From positions 896,001 to 960,000 of the forward strand of contig CAWDSK010000003.1 in the NCBI GenBank assembly GCA_963804995.1: 64,000 bases of DNA. Direction: 5' to 3'. The notes below the pieces were generated by a model. The model did no database searches. It saw nothing but the letters and a program-made list of their open reading frames with translations, and was not told where the DNA came from. Source of the DNA: an uncultured Acidobacteriota bacterium (GTDB lineage: Bacteria > Acidobacteriota > Terriglobia > UBA7540). Numbering within the stretch: the first letter of the stretch is position 1; each line of letters begins with the position of its first letter. Position numbers and translations under genes: made by a program. Below are positions 9,975-20,131 of this stretch, in pieces.

Positions 9975-11204
9975 CTAGGCCGGAATTTCCCGGGTGACGC
10001 CGAGTTGGGGAATGAGCCACTGGACGAAAACAAATCCGATCAGGTAGACAACGGCGCAGACGGCAAAAATCGGGGTAAAGGAGAAGTGCTGCACAATCCA
10101 GCCAATGCTGAGTTGGGTGAGGATACCAAAAAAGCCGCCCGCCGCGCCGCCCAGACCTGATATGGTGCCCACGACCTCGGGCGGAAACACTTCAGAGGGC
10201 AGCGTGACGTTGGCCCACGCCGCGTGACAGTACATCATGCCGGCGAGTAATCCGAGAGCGACGTAGGGCGACCCCACCTGCGTCAACAGCAGGCAGCAGA
10301 CCGGCATCAGGAACGATGTGACCAGCATGTTGGTCTTGCGCGCCCGGTTCACGGTCCAGCCACGACTGGTCAAGTAGCGCGGGATCGCTCCCCCGGCAAG
10401 GTTCCCCACTGCCAGAGCCGCAAAGGGAATCCACCCCAGGCGTCCTAAATCTTTCAGGCTGAAGCCACGCGTTTCCTGAAGGTACTTGGGAATCCAAAAA
10501 ACCAGGAAGTAGGTTACGGGATCGATGAGCGCCCGTGCCAGGATGCAACCCCAGGCTTCCCGCATGCGCAGGAGCCTCTTGAGGCTGGGGGCGGCTTGCC
10601 TGACCGCCTGCGCTGCCGTTACCACCGAACGCGGTGGCCGGTAGGTGAACCCGAAGAGGATAACCCAAAGCAAACTCAGCGAGCCGGTGGTTACGAATGC
10701 CACCCGCCACCCAAAAGCCAGCGAGATGAATGAGACTACCGGTACGGCAACCGCCGCGCCTAGGGCCGTCCCGGAGTTGAAGATGCCCACCGCGAGAGCC
10801 CGCTCTTCCATCGGGAACCATTCGGAAACGGCTTTAACGCTGGCCGGAAAGTTGGCCGCTTCCATCCCACCCAGCAGAAAGCGGAACGCTCCCAGCCCGA
10901 AAGCACTGCGCGCAAAGGCGTGCAGGATGTCGGCGACTGACCATCCCGACACGAAAATCAGAAAGCTGCGGCGCGTGCCCAGGCGGTCCACCAACCTGCC
11001 GCCGATGGCGTACATAATGGTGTAGCTTAAGAGGAAGGATGAAGTGATGTAGGAGTACTGGGTGGTGCTTAGTTTAAGATCTTGCTGGATGGTGTGCGCA
11101 AGGACCGCCAGGTCTTGCCGGTCCAAATAATTGCACAGGGTGGCGAGACATAACAGAATCGCTACATACCAGCGATAGGGATCACCCGACTCGTGATTCT
11201 CCAT
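9975..11204 (-). CDS. MFS transporter, ExuT/ACS-like sugar-acid permease
   Basis: NYLDRQ, GRLVDRLGTR, EAANFP, WFPMEERALA; AAGGAG RBS. Confidence 0.9.
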   Translation of the reverse strand: MENHESGDPYRWYVAILLCLATLCNYLDRQDLAVLAHTIQQDLKLSTTQYSYITSSFLLSYTIMYAIGGRLVDRLGTRRSFLIFVSGWSVADILHAFARSAFGLGAFRFLLGGMEAANFPASVKAVSEWFPMEERALAVGIFNSGTALGAAVAVPVVSFISLAFGWRVAFVTTGSLSLLWVILFGFTYRPPRSVVTAAQAVRQAAPSLKRLLRMREAWGCILARALIDPVTYFLVFWIPKYLQETRGFSLKDLGRLGWIPFAALAVGNLAGGAIPRYLTSRGWTVNRARKTNMLVTSFLMPVCCLLLTQVGSPYVALGLLAGMMYCHAAWANVTLPSEVFPPEVVGTISGLGGAAGGFFGILTQLSIGWIVQHFSFTPIFAVCAVVYLIGFVFVQWLIPQLGVTREIPA

Positions 11205-11526
11205 ACTTACTCCTTGGAAATTCTGTCGCTTCCGCGCCTCCCGGAGGGCCACCTAACGTATCACGCACCGAAGCCAGCGCAAAGGGGATAGACGACAGGG
11301 TGTGGGGCAATTTGAATCCGCAAGCCGGGTGGTTCGTTTGTGACGCATACATACAAGGCAGTGTATGCGCCACCCTTGATTTGCCTTTTGCGACGTATAG
11401 ACAAAAGGGAATTCATGCGCACGGATGGCGCATACATTGCTTTTTACGATGCATATATAGATGGCAATGTATATACACGGGTGGCGCATACATCGCTTTT
11501 TATGTATGCGACCCCCCGCGGTCGGT

Positions 11527-12708
11527 TTATGCGGCGGATGAAAGCCCCAGGCGTTCGTACACCAGCGCGCCGCTTTGGTACGTTCGGAGGATATCAATCG
11601 TAGGTCCTTGGGGATTGTAGCGGAACTCCACGACATCGCCGCGCTGGCCAAGGGCGAGACCTTTGTCACGTCCCTTCAGTTTCCCCGCGCGGGCGGGGTT
11701 GACGGTGGCCATGCTGACGGCTTCCGCAAGATTCAAGCCACCCAGGCGAACCAGGTTGGCAACTTGCTTGTGCATGGGCAGACCCGAGCCGGCAAGCGTT
11801 TTTTCGGCCGCGTTTTTTCCCACCAGCACCACGCGATCGTCCGCTGTCAACTCAACCTCTTTGCCCATCAGATGGTAGCGTCCGGGCGTAGCTCCGGCAG
11901 GCCACACCACATCCGTGACCACGAACCGTCGCGCCGGCCCTTTGGCCCGGAAGGCGGCTTTCATAAACGCCCCCGGCAGGTGCATTCCATCCGCAATGAA
12001 GCAGGCGGTAAGGCGGTCTTCAGCGAGCTGATCCCAGATGTAGTTAGGATGGCGCGGCAACAGCGGGTGAGCGCCATTTCCCAAATGCGTGGAAAGAGTC
12101 GCACCGGCGTCGACTGCGGCGGCAATCTGCTCAGCGTTGGCGTTCATATGACCGATCGAAACGATAATGCCCTCGCGGACCGCGGTTTCGATGTAGTGCG
12201 GAGCTTCGGGCCACTCCGGTGACAGCGTCACCAGGCGGACGAGGCCACCTGCGGCCTCCTGCATGCGGTGCAGCAGATCAACGTCGGGCGGACGAATCCA
12301 TTCCCGCGGGTGAGCGCCCCGCGGTCCGTCCACGGGCGAGAGGTGCGGCCCCTCCACGTGAACCCCCTCAATGGCCACGCCTTCCGGGAGGCGCCGCTTC
12401 GCTTCCGCGATGTTTCGCAGGCAGGCGAGCATGCTCTCAGCAGAGTTCGTAACCAGGGTGGGATAAAAGCGCGTGACACCCGTGGCGTACAAGGCCCGAA
12501 TCGAGCGGGCGATTGCATCGAGCGGCGCGGTGGGCAGGTTATAGTCCACTCCCGCATATCCGTTCACCTGGAGATCGATGAATCCGGGAGCGAGGAATAA
12601 TCCAGGAGGAGCAGAAGCAACGCTCTCTACCGCCTGGATCTCTGTCCCGAATGAAACGGCAACGGGCAGGCCCGTAAGGGAATTAGTGCCGGTGCATTTC
12701 ATGGTCAT
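11527..12708 (-). CDS. nagA: N-acetylglucosamine-6-phosphate deacetylase
   Basis: PGFIDLQVNG, HVEGP, RGAH, GH, THLGNG, IADGMH, LAGS. Confidence 0.85.
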   Translation of the reverse strand: MTMKCTGTNSLTGLPVAVSFGTEIQAVESVASAPPGLFLAPGFIDLQVNGYAGVDYNLPTAPLDAIARSIRALYATGVTRFYPTLVTNSAESMLACLRNIAEAKRRLPEGVAIEGVHVEGPHLSPVDGPRGAHPREWIRPPDVDLLHRMQEAAGGLVRLVTLSPEWPEAPHYIETAVREGIIVSIGHMNANAEQIAAAVDAGATLSTHLGNGAHPLLPRHPNYIWDQLAEDRLTACFIADGMHLPGAFMKAAFRAKGPARRFVVTDVVWPAGATPGRYHLMGKEVELTADDRVVLVGKNAAEKTLAGSGLPMHKQVANLVRLGGLNLAEAVSMATVNPARAGKLKGRDKGLALGQRGDVVEFRYNPQGPTIDILRTYQSGALVYERLGLSSAA

Positions 12709-12725
12709 GGGAATTAACCTCTCAC

Positions 12726-13856
12726 TCAATAACCCGGAACCCCAGCTTTTTGGTAAAACTCTTCGACGCGCTGGTATTCCTCCTGCTCCTCCATCAGGTT
12801 CAGGCTGCGCAGCATGTGGCGGATCGTCATGTGCGGGTCATTTGACCAGAACATCCCGCAATCCTCATCCTCGTAATACCGGTAGCCCACTTTATCGCCA
12901 TAGAGCGCCTTAAGACCTTCCCCGTTTTTCAAGGCCGAACTCCAGGAGAGGATGGCGTAACTTAAGTCCAACTCCTGAACCAGGATATTATCTTCGGGGG
13001 CAACGAGGTTGCCGGCCTCAACCTTCTTTTGCATCACAGGCCATTTTATTTGGGAGACGATTTTGCCCGTCGGTTCAAAGATGGAGGCGTTGTTCCGCCA
13101 GGTACTGGAGACGATGTAGTAGTGGCCCCGCTTGGCACGAGAGGCAGGTTGGGAAGTCTGTGGCGATTGGGTTGGCCAGGCAACGATCTCCGCGCCCTTG
13201 CGGGCCAATTCCTTCCAGCCATAATCAAAATCCATGTCGTAACAGATCTGTATCCCCAGCTTGCCGAAATCACAGTCGAAGACGGGTTCTTCCGTGCCGG
13301 GAGTGGAGCCCTGTTCCATGGAGCCTGTGTCGGTATCAACCACGAGGTGCACCTTGCGATAGATGCCTACGACTTCGCCGCTCCGTCCAAAAAGAATGGC
13401 GGCGTTGGAACATCGCTTCGTAGCTGGATCCTCGAGCAGGAACGTAGGTACAACGACATAGCAATGGCACTTGCGGGCCTCGCGAGCGAAGGTGTCGTTG
13501 ACCGCGCCTTCCAGTGGATACGACCAATCCGCCACGCCTCCTACCGGCCCGCCTTCACCGGTCAGGGCCATCTCCGGAAGTATCGCCAAGTCCAAACCGC
13601 GCCCATACTTCTTTTCCGACTCCGCCTGCAGGCGATCGACGAGCACGGTCAGTTGATCCATGCGTTTCTGCAGGCCCGGATGCGGCCCCCAGAACGGTTG
13701 CATGACCGTCCCGACGATGACTTTTCGAGGCGGTTGATCCGAGGTGCTCTTCAGACTGAGGTCCGCACCCGCGACGGGCAGGGTCAGCAGAAGTCCTGAG
13801 AAGCCTATAACTAGCTTGGCCAGTATGCGTGTATGAATTACGTGTTTTGTAGTCAC
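12726..13856 (-). CDS. Carbon-nitrogen hydrolase family protein, probably secreted
   Basis: E-K-C triad (LPEM, YRKVH, ICYD); hydrophobic N-terminus; GGAGG before GTG 13856. Confidence 0.85.
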   Translation of the reverse strand: MTTKHVIHTRILAKLVIGFSGLLLTLPVAGADLSLKSTSDQPPRKVIVGTVMQPFWGPHPGLQKRMDQLTVLVDRLQAESEKKYGRGLDLAILPEMALTGEGGPVGGVADWSYPLEGAVNDTFAREARKCHCYVVVPTFLLEDPATKRCSNAAILFGRSGEVVGIYRKVHLVVDTDTGSMEQGSTPGTEEPVFDCDFGKLGIQICYDMDFDYGWKELARKGAEIVAWPTQSPQTSQPASRAKRGHYYIVSSTWRNNASIFEPTGKIVSQIKWPVMQKKVEAGNLVAPEDNILVQELDLSYAILSWSSALKNGEGLKALYGDKVGYRYYEDEDCGMFWSNDPHMTIRHMLRSLNLMEEQEEYQRVEEFYQKAGVPGY

Positions 13857-14172
13857 AACAAATCCTCCATTACGGAATGATCGAGGCACAATCAAGGGGA
13901 ACGGCTTTCCCGAAAACTTTAATCTTGAATAGCTCGGGCATCATACCATGGCCAACCTTTCCTCGGCCCGGTGGCTTTCTGTGCAAGGTCCGCGCCATCG
14001 CCAGAGTCGGCCTGCACCCAAAACCTGACTTTGGTCATTTGTATATGGGAGCGGTCAGAGGTATATTGCCACCCGTCCGAAATCCGGGTAATAGGATGAA
14101 TGTGCTGCGCCATAATGCGTAGTTCGGTGACGCTTGGCCCGGTATAAACCGAGGTCGAGAAGAGGGGGAGAC

Positions 14173-15504
14173 ATGGATATCCGTGATGTCGAAAAGAAAA
14201 TCGGTGAGGCCCTAAGAACGGTGAAGGTCATTGATCCGCACTGCCACCTGAACGCCGCGAAGCCTGCGGGCGCTAATCTAGCTGACATCGTGCTCTATCA
14301 CCACGTGTGGATTGAGCTCGTTTCCTCCGGGATGGGGCAGACGGAAGTGACAAAAGCTGGACTCCCCCATGAGCTGGTGGACCCGCAGATGGAGCCCCTG
14401 GAACGCGTGAAGCGCCTGCTCCCCCACCTGCCGAAGATCCGCAATACGACTGTGGGAACTCTACTCGGTTGGCTGCTCCAGGACCTTTATGGCATCAAGG
14501 GCACGCTTGACCAATCCAACCTGGAAAAGTTGGCAGCAGCCGCCGAGAAGACGGGGAGCGATCCCACCTGGCCGGAACGACTCTTCTCGGATATTTGCGG
14601 GATCGAGCAGGCCATCACCGTCGAGGCCTGGAAAGGAAAGCGATTTGAGAGGATCCAGGGCGCCGACGAACGCTTTCGCCTGCTCAACTTCGCCGACGGC
14701 AAGGTGAGCATTCCCGAGCGGCTGGGGCAGATGGCTTCCATCCTGGGGCGAGATGTCAGGACGAGCTCCGACTATCGGGATTTCGTCGCGAAGCTGGTAG
14801 CTGACCCCTCGCGTGGCGCCCCCGTGTTCATCGGCGCCTGGATGCCTGCCTACTTTACTGACGAGCTGGCGGATGACGCAAACATCACGCGTATTATCGA
14901 GAAAGCCCGCGAAGGTAAGCAGCTATCGCGCGTCGAGTACGGGAGCGTTTCCTACTACGGTATGGTTAATGCCCTGGAGGAGTTGCGCAAGACACCCCTT
15001 CGCGTCATCCAGCTTATTGTCGGCGCGGAGGTTCTGCTGCCGCACCGGGCTATCACCGAATGGGATGGGAGCTTCCCTGCGGCAGCGGGGCGTCTGGCTT
15101 GTAAGTTTGAGGATTTCCGCTTCAGCGTCAGCACGGCGTCTGACCAGTACACTCAGGACATCGCGATCATGGCCAAGCACATCCCCAACCTCAGCGTGGT
15201 CGGGTACTGGTGGCACACGCTGTACCCTCACTACATCCGCAAATCGCTGGAGACCAGGCTGGACATGGTGCCCGCGAGCAAGATCATCGCCTTCTTCTCC
15301 GACGCCTACCATTGCGAGTGGTGCTGGCCGAAGCTCCGCATGGTGAAGCAGATCATGGGTGAAATCCTCGTCGAGCGGGTCGCCAAGGGTTGGTACGATC
15401 TGGACACGGCTTTAGCGATTATCCCCACCGTGTTCTACGACGCGCCCAAGGCCATCTACGGGCTTAGCGATTACAAATCCGCCAAATCCACCGTGGCGGC
15501 ATAA
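14173..15504 (+). CDS. Amidohydrolase-fold protein, glucuronate isomerase (UxaC)-like
   Basis: IDPHCH; GYWW; FFSDAY; size and C-terminal pattern of the family. Confidence 0.65.
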   Translation: MDIRDVEKKIGEALRTVKVIDPHCHLNAAKPAGANLADIVLYHHVWIELVSSGMGQTEVTKAGLPHELVDPQMEPLERVKRLLPHLPKIRNTTVGTLLGWLLQDLYGIKGTLDQSNLEKLAAAAEKTGSDPTWPERLFSDICGIEQAITVEAWKGKRFERIQGADERFRLLNFADGKVSIPERLGQMASILGRDVRTSSDYRDFVAKLVADPSRGAPVFIGAWMPAYFTDELADDANITRIIEKAREGKQLSRVEYGSVSYYGMVNALEELRKTPLRVIQLIVGAEVLLPHRAITEWDGSFPAAAGRLACKFEDFRFSVSTASDQYTQDIAIMAKHIPNLSVVGYWWHTLYPHYIRKSLETRLDMVPASKIIAFFSDAYHCEWCWPKLRMVKQIMGEILVERVAKGWYDLDTALAIIPTVFYDAPKAIYGLSDYKSAKSTVAA

Positions 15505-15606
15505 AACCCAATGGCAAGCACTCAACTGTTGAATTCGGTCTGGGCTTGGGATATTTAAGGCCATCCCACCTTCTGAATCGGAAACGGAGTACGGGGAACA
15601 CTGTCT

Positions 15607-17103
15607 ATGCGTGAGACCTTTCTGACGTTTGACCTGGGCACCACGGCGCTCAAGACTGCGCTCGTCTCCGGCGAGGGTAAGATGCTGGCAGTCTTCAGCC
15701 GCGAATACACTCCCCGTGCCCCTCGGCCCGATTGGGCGGAACTCGACGCCGAAGTCTATTGGCAAGCGGTAGTCGAGGGAACCCACGCGGTCTTGGCACA
15801 GTCAGGCGCAGAGCCCGCCAGTGTCGCCGGTATCGGATTCGGCTCGCAGGGTCAGACCTTTCTACCTGTTGATGCCGCCGGGCAGCCCCTATACAACGTC
15901 ATCATCTGGCTGGACACTCGGGCCCAATACATCGCCGACGCCTGGGAAGCGTCATGGCTCACCCGTGATAAATTCCAGCGCGCCAGCGGCTTCCCCTGGC
16001 TGGCTGCGAACCTGACGGTCTTCAAGATTGCCTGGTTCGCCGAACACGCCCCTGCCGCGCACAAAGCCTGGAAGTTCCTCCTCCTGCCAGATTACCTGAT
16101 CTACCGCATGACGGGCGAAACCGCCACCGACTACGTCACCGCGCGCATGAGCGGTCTGTTTGATCTAGAAACCGGCGCCTGGGACCCCGTGCTCATGGGT
16201 GCTGCCGGCGTCACACCTGACCAGTTGCCAGTTGTCCTCGCGCCAGGCTCGGTCGCTGGCAAATTGCATTCGGCGGCAGCAATGGAACTGGGAATTTCCC
16301 CGGGGGTGCCGGTCACCGTAGGTGCGAACGACCAGGTAGTGGGAGCTGTGGGAGCAGGCAATGTCAGTCCCGGTGTGGTGACGGAGATGACCGGCACCGC
16401 GCTCGCCCTTCTGGCCACCACGCCCACCCTGCTCAAAGACCGTAGCGCGATTGTGGGCAAGCATGCCGTGCCGGAGTTCAGCTACGCGATGACGTTAGCT
16501 ATGACTTCCGCCATAGTGCTGAAGTGGTTTCGAGATTTGTGCGCACCGGGGCAGGATTACAAGGAATTCCTGAAGGGCATCGAGGAGATTCCCTGCGGCT
16601 GTGATGGATTGTCAGTGGTCCCGCACTTCATGGGCACCGCGATGCCGCCCTTCAATCCACGCGTCCGCGGGGCGTTCATCGGCCTGTCGCTCGGCCACAC
16701 GCGCGCTCACATGGCACGGGCGATATTGGAATCATGCGCCTGCCTCCTCAAAGAACTGATGCGCCCCATCACGGATCAGGGGCTCACCGTGAACAGCGTG
16801 CGGTCGCTGGGCGGAGCGGCTCGCAACGACCTGTGGATGCAGATGAAGGCTGACCTGTTGGGGATCCCGGTCGAGCGCCCTGCGTGCGCCGACGCTGCGT
16901 CCCTCGGTGCTGCCATGTTCGCAGCCGCGGGCACCGGCCACTTCGCGAATATTGCGGAAGCTTCGCGGGCGTGGTACCGCTCTGAGCGCCTCTATGAGCC
17001 CGACCCCGCTCGGCGGCAAGTGTACACCGAAGTTTACGCCCGTTACATGGACGCCATGCAGCGGCTCTATGGTGATGCAGTTTCTTCAGCGGCAGCGAAG
17101 TGA
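15607..17103 (+). CDS. FGGY carbohydrate kinase (xylulokinase-like)
   Basis: DLGTTALK, IIWLDTR, GANDQ, GGAARNDLWMQMKAD. Confidence 0.9.
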   Translation: MRETFLTFDLGTTALKTALVSGEGKMLAVFSREYTPRAPRPDWAELDAEVYWQAVVEGTHAVLAQSGAEPASVAGIGFGSQGQTFLPVDAAGQPLYNVIIWLDTRAQYIADAWEASWLTRDKFQRASGFPWLAANLTVFKIAWFAEHAPAAHKAWKFLLLPDYLIYRMTGETATDYVTARMSGLFDLETGAWDPVLMGAAGVTPDQLPVVLAPGSVAGKLHSAAAMELGISPGVPVTVGANDQVVGAVGAGNVSPGVVTEMTGTALALLATTPTLLKDRSAIVGKHAVPEFSYAMTLAMTSAIVLKWFRDLCAPGQDYKEFLKGIEEIPCGCDGLSVVPHFMGTAMPPFNPRVRGAFIGLSLGHTRAHMARAILESCACLLKELMRPITDQGLTVNSVRSLGGAARNDLWMQMKADLLGIPVERPACADAASLGAAMFAAAGTGHFANIAEASRAWYRSERLYEPDPARRQVYTEVYARYMDAMQRLYGDAVSSAAAK

Positions 17104-17145
17104 TATCTGCCAGAGCTTGGGAACGAGAATGGTTGTGCCGAAGGG

Positions 17146-17249
17146 ACCTTGGAGTGCGGTAGCAGCAGCTACCGCCTTCCGCTTTTGGTCCACACGGCAA
17201 TAGCGCAGGAGCAAGAAAGGCGGTAGCTGCTGCTACCGCACTCCAAGGT
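17146..17249. repeat. Perfect 33-bp inverted repeat (REP-like doublet)
   Basis: accttggagtgcggtagcagcagctaccgcctt (17146-17178) and exact reverse complement (17217-17249). Confidence 0.9.
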
Positions 17250-17261
17250 GAGGTTCCTCGA

Positions 17262-18038
17262 ATGTCCTTTCTCTATCGCGATCAATCATGGCCACAGATT
17301 CAGGAGTACTTAAAGAAGAAAACGCTGTTGATTCTCCCCGTCGGTACCACCGAGGAGCACGGACTGCATTTACCGGTAGACACCGATGCGCGCATCGCCG
17401 ATGCCTACGGCGCGCGCCTAGCAGAGAGCTTGCTCCCCGAAATGCCCGTACTGGTGATGGATTGCATCCGCTACGGCTATTCCATAAAGGTTATGCAACA
17501 GTGGCCCGGCACGATTGTGGTGCGCAGCCGGGTAGTGATGGACATGGTATTCGACATCTGCAAATCGGTCCTGGATATGGGGTTTGAAAAACTGGCGCTA
17601 CTCGATTGCCACGGCCACCACGGCTCGCTGCTCGGCACCATCATGCGCGAAATTGGCGATGCTTGTAACAAGGCAATCACGGTCATCCAGCCCTCGGCGA
17701 TGTCGCGGGATGAGTTCGCCGCTATCCGCAAATCGGTCCAGGGCGGGGCGATTCACGCAGGCGAGTGGGAAACTTCCCTGCTCCTCCACCTCAGCCCGGA
17801 AGTAGTGGACATGTCCAAAGCCACGGACGTGGACATCATGCGTTATCACTCCGATTTCGTCGCGGGAGACACCTTTGCAGGACGCCAGCGCGTGGGCTGG
17901 TCCACTTGGTTCGTTCAGCCGAGCCAGACGGGCACCTACGGCGACCCCACCGTCGCCAGCGCTGAAACCGGCAAGATCATCATGGACGCCGCGGTCCGAA
18001 ACGGAGCGCGCTTCCTCAAGGAGTACTATAGCCACTGA
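17262..18038 (+). CDS. Creatininase family amidohydrolase
   Basis: PVGTTEEHGLHLPVDTD, CHGH, HAGEWETS, GDPTVAS. Confidence 0.9.
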   Translation: MSFLYRDQSWPQIQEYLKKKTLLILPVGTTEEHGLHLPVDTDARIADAYGARLAESLLPEMPVLVMDCIRYGYSIKVMQQWPGTIVVRSRVVMDMVFDICKSVLDMGFEKLALLDCHGHHGSLLGTIMREIGDACNKAITVIQPSAMSRDEFAAIRKSVQGGAIHAGEWETSLLLHLSPEVVDMSKATDVDIMRYHSDFVAGDTFAGRQRVGWSTWFVQPSQTGTYGDPTVASAETGKIIMDAAVRNGARFLKEYYSH

Positions 18039-18078
18039 CTTCTCAAACACAGTTACGATAGCAAGGGAGGGACTCATC

Positions 18079-19254
18079 ATGGCTGGAAAGATTCGAGTGG
18101 GAATTGTGGGAGTGGGCGTGGCCGCAAGCTTTCACTTCGAGGATTATCGGCGCGTCTTCGATGTGCCGGTCGAGGTGGTGGGCGTCATGTCCAGGACGCT
18201 GGAAACGACCCAGGCCTTTGCGCGCGAGCGCGGCATAAAAGCTTATGCAACCTTCGAAGAGCTGTGCGACGCCGTCGATGTGCTCAACGTCTGCACTCCG
18301 AGCGCGACTCACGAGGCGATGACGCTTGAGGCGTTTGCGCGTGGGAAAGATGTGATCATCGAGAAACCCTTTACGGGCTACTTCGGACCCGCGACAGGGG
18401 ACTTCCGCGGTGATACCTTCAGCAAAGAGGTCATGCTGCGCGAGGCGATGGCAAGTTCTGAAAGAATGCTGGCCGCGGCTCGGAAGGCCGGCAAGCACAT
18501 CTGCTATGCGGAGAACTGGGTATATGCGCCGGCCATTCAGAAGGAGCGGGAGATTCTGACCAAGAGTGGTGGGCAAGTCTTGCGGATTATGGCGGACGAG
18601 TCGCACAGCGGGTCGGCCTCCGTGTATGGTGGGATTTGGAGACATTCCGGTGGCGGAGCGCTGGTAGGGAAAGGTTGTCACCCGCTTTCGGCAGCGCTCT
18701 ACCTGAAGCGGGCGGAGGGCCAGGCACGAGGGTCGGAACCCATTCGACCGGTAAAGGTCTCCGCACACGTCCATGAGATTACCCGCCTCAAGAATTATCG
18801 CGATGAGGGTTTCCTGCGCACCAGTTACGAAGACGTCGAGGATTATTGCCAGACTCACGTTGTATTCGACGATGGCACGATTGCTGACATCTTCTGCTCG
18901 GACCTGGTGCTGGGAGGCGTGCACAGTTGGCTGGAGGTGTTTGCCAACAATCATCGGACACGCTGCAATCTGAATCCAGTTAACTCGCTGGAAACGTACA
19001 ACCCGCGCGAGGATTTCCTGAAGGATGTCTTCGTGACCGCGCGGATTGGCACCAAGCAGGGCTGGACGAATCCCTCGTCCGATTTTGACTGGCAGCAGGG
19101 ATACCCGCAGGAGTTTCAGGATTTCGTGGAAAGTATTGCGCACCATCGCGAGCCGCTTTCAGGGGGCGAACTCGCGCGTGATACGGTGGCGGTGCTGTAC
19201 AGCGCCTATCTCTCTGCAGAGCGGAATGGAGCGGACGTCGAGATTCCCCGCTAG
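18079..19254 (+). CDS. Gfo/Idh/MocA oxidoreductase (cytoplasmic)
   Basis: GIVGVG, IIEKP, GGGALVGKGCH; GGGAGG RBS. Confidence 0.88.
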   Translation: MAGKIRVGIVGVGVAASFHFEDYRRVFDVPVEVVGVMSRTLETTQAFARERGIKAYATFEELCDAVDVLNVCTPSATHEAMTLEAFARGKDVIIEKPFTGYFGPATGDFRGDTFSKEVMLREAMASSERMLAAARKAGKHICYAENWVYAPAIQKEREILTKSGGQVLRIMADESHSGSASVYGGIWRHSGGGALVGKGCHPLSAALYLKRAEGQARGSEPIRPVKVSAHVHEITRLKNYRDEGFLRTSYEDVEDYCQTHVVFDDGTIADIFCSDLVLGGVHSWLEVFANNHRTRCNLNPVNSLETYNPREDFLKDVFVTARIGTKQGWTNPSSDFDWQQGYPQEFQDFVESIAHHREPLSGGELARDTVAVLYSAYLSAERNGADVEIPR

Positions 19255-19262
19255 CGAAAGAA

Positions 19263-19973
19263 TTAGCGCGGGATACTGATTTCACCCTTCGGGGTGGTAA
19301 TCCGTGCACACAGGAGTGGTTTCACGCCTGGCTCAACGGTCACATCAACACCCAGAGTTCGACAGGCGCATGCCAGTTCCTGCGCCGCGGGAGACTCCAG
19401 GTGGAAGCTGCTGAGGTGGCACCCGGCAGGCGCGTCTGCGGAAGGGTGAACCGAATCGGGCGCCCATTCGATAAAGAACGGCAGCAACCCGCCGCGGTCA
19501 TCTTTCAAATGAAATAATTTCCAGCGCAGGACCTTGCCGTCCGGTCGCGTGCGCGCCCCATCTGCGGGCCCGTCGATCGCAAAACCCTCAGCCGCCGCCT
19601 GCTTCGCGAGGGCCGCAAGATCATTCGAGTGCACAGCCCAGGCGATGAGTTTCGGTTCACTTAAGGCGGGCAGTTCGGTGTACCAAGAGAGCGACGTTTG
19701 CCCGGGATCGGGTGCGAGGATTTCGAGGTAACAATGCGGGCCGAGGGAAAGCAAAGCATTCCGAGTGCCTCGGCCCGGATGCACCCCACCGAAAACCGCC
19801 CTCACTCCTGTTTGCTCCTCCAACCAGGCAATACCCCGGTCGAGGTCATTAGTTCCAAGAATAATATGGTCAAGGTTTGTGGGCATAGTGTTCTCCAGGC
19901 AGAAGGCCGGGGGCGCGGCAATTGCAGTTCCGGCAAGGCCGAGAAACGACCTCCGCGAGAGCACAGTTGTCAA
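19263..19973 (-). CDS. VOC/glyoxalase-like domain protein with possible Tat signal
   Basis: LDHII, GGVHPGRGTRN, YLEI, LPFFIEW; SRRSFL leader if TTG 19973 is the start. Confidence 0.82.
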   Translation of the reverse strand: MTTVLSRRSFLGLAGTAIAAPPAFCLENTMPTNLDHIILGTNDLDRGIAWLEEQTGVRAVFGGVHPGRGTRNALLSLGPHCYLEILAPDPGQTSLSWYTELPALSEPKLIAWAVHSNDLAALAKQAAAEGFAIDGPADGARTRPDGKVLRWKLFHLKDDRGGLLPFFIEWAPDSVHPSADAPAGCHLSSFHLESPAAQELACACRTLGVDVTVEPGVKPLLCARITTPKGEISIPR

Positions 19974-20131
19974 GCTTACATCCTTTCCACAATATCGCGG
20001 CTTGTCCCCTTTAACCTAGTGCCGAAGTCCCCAACGGGCTCTAGATTATCACGCCCAGTTCCGAAGGGCTTGAGCCCAGACCCCTTTTAGACCACAATAG
20101 CAGGTTCAACATGATCCTAAAGGAGCCTCCG

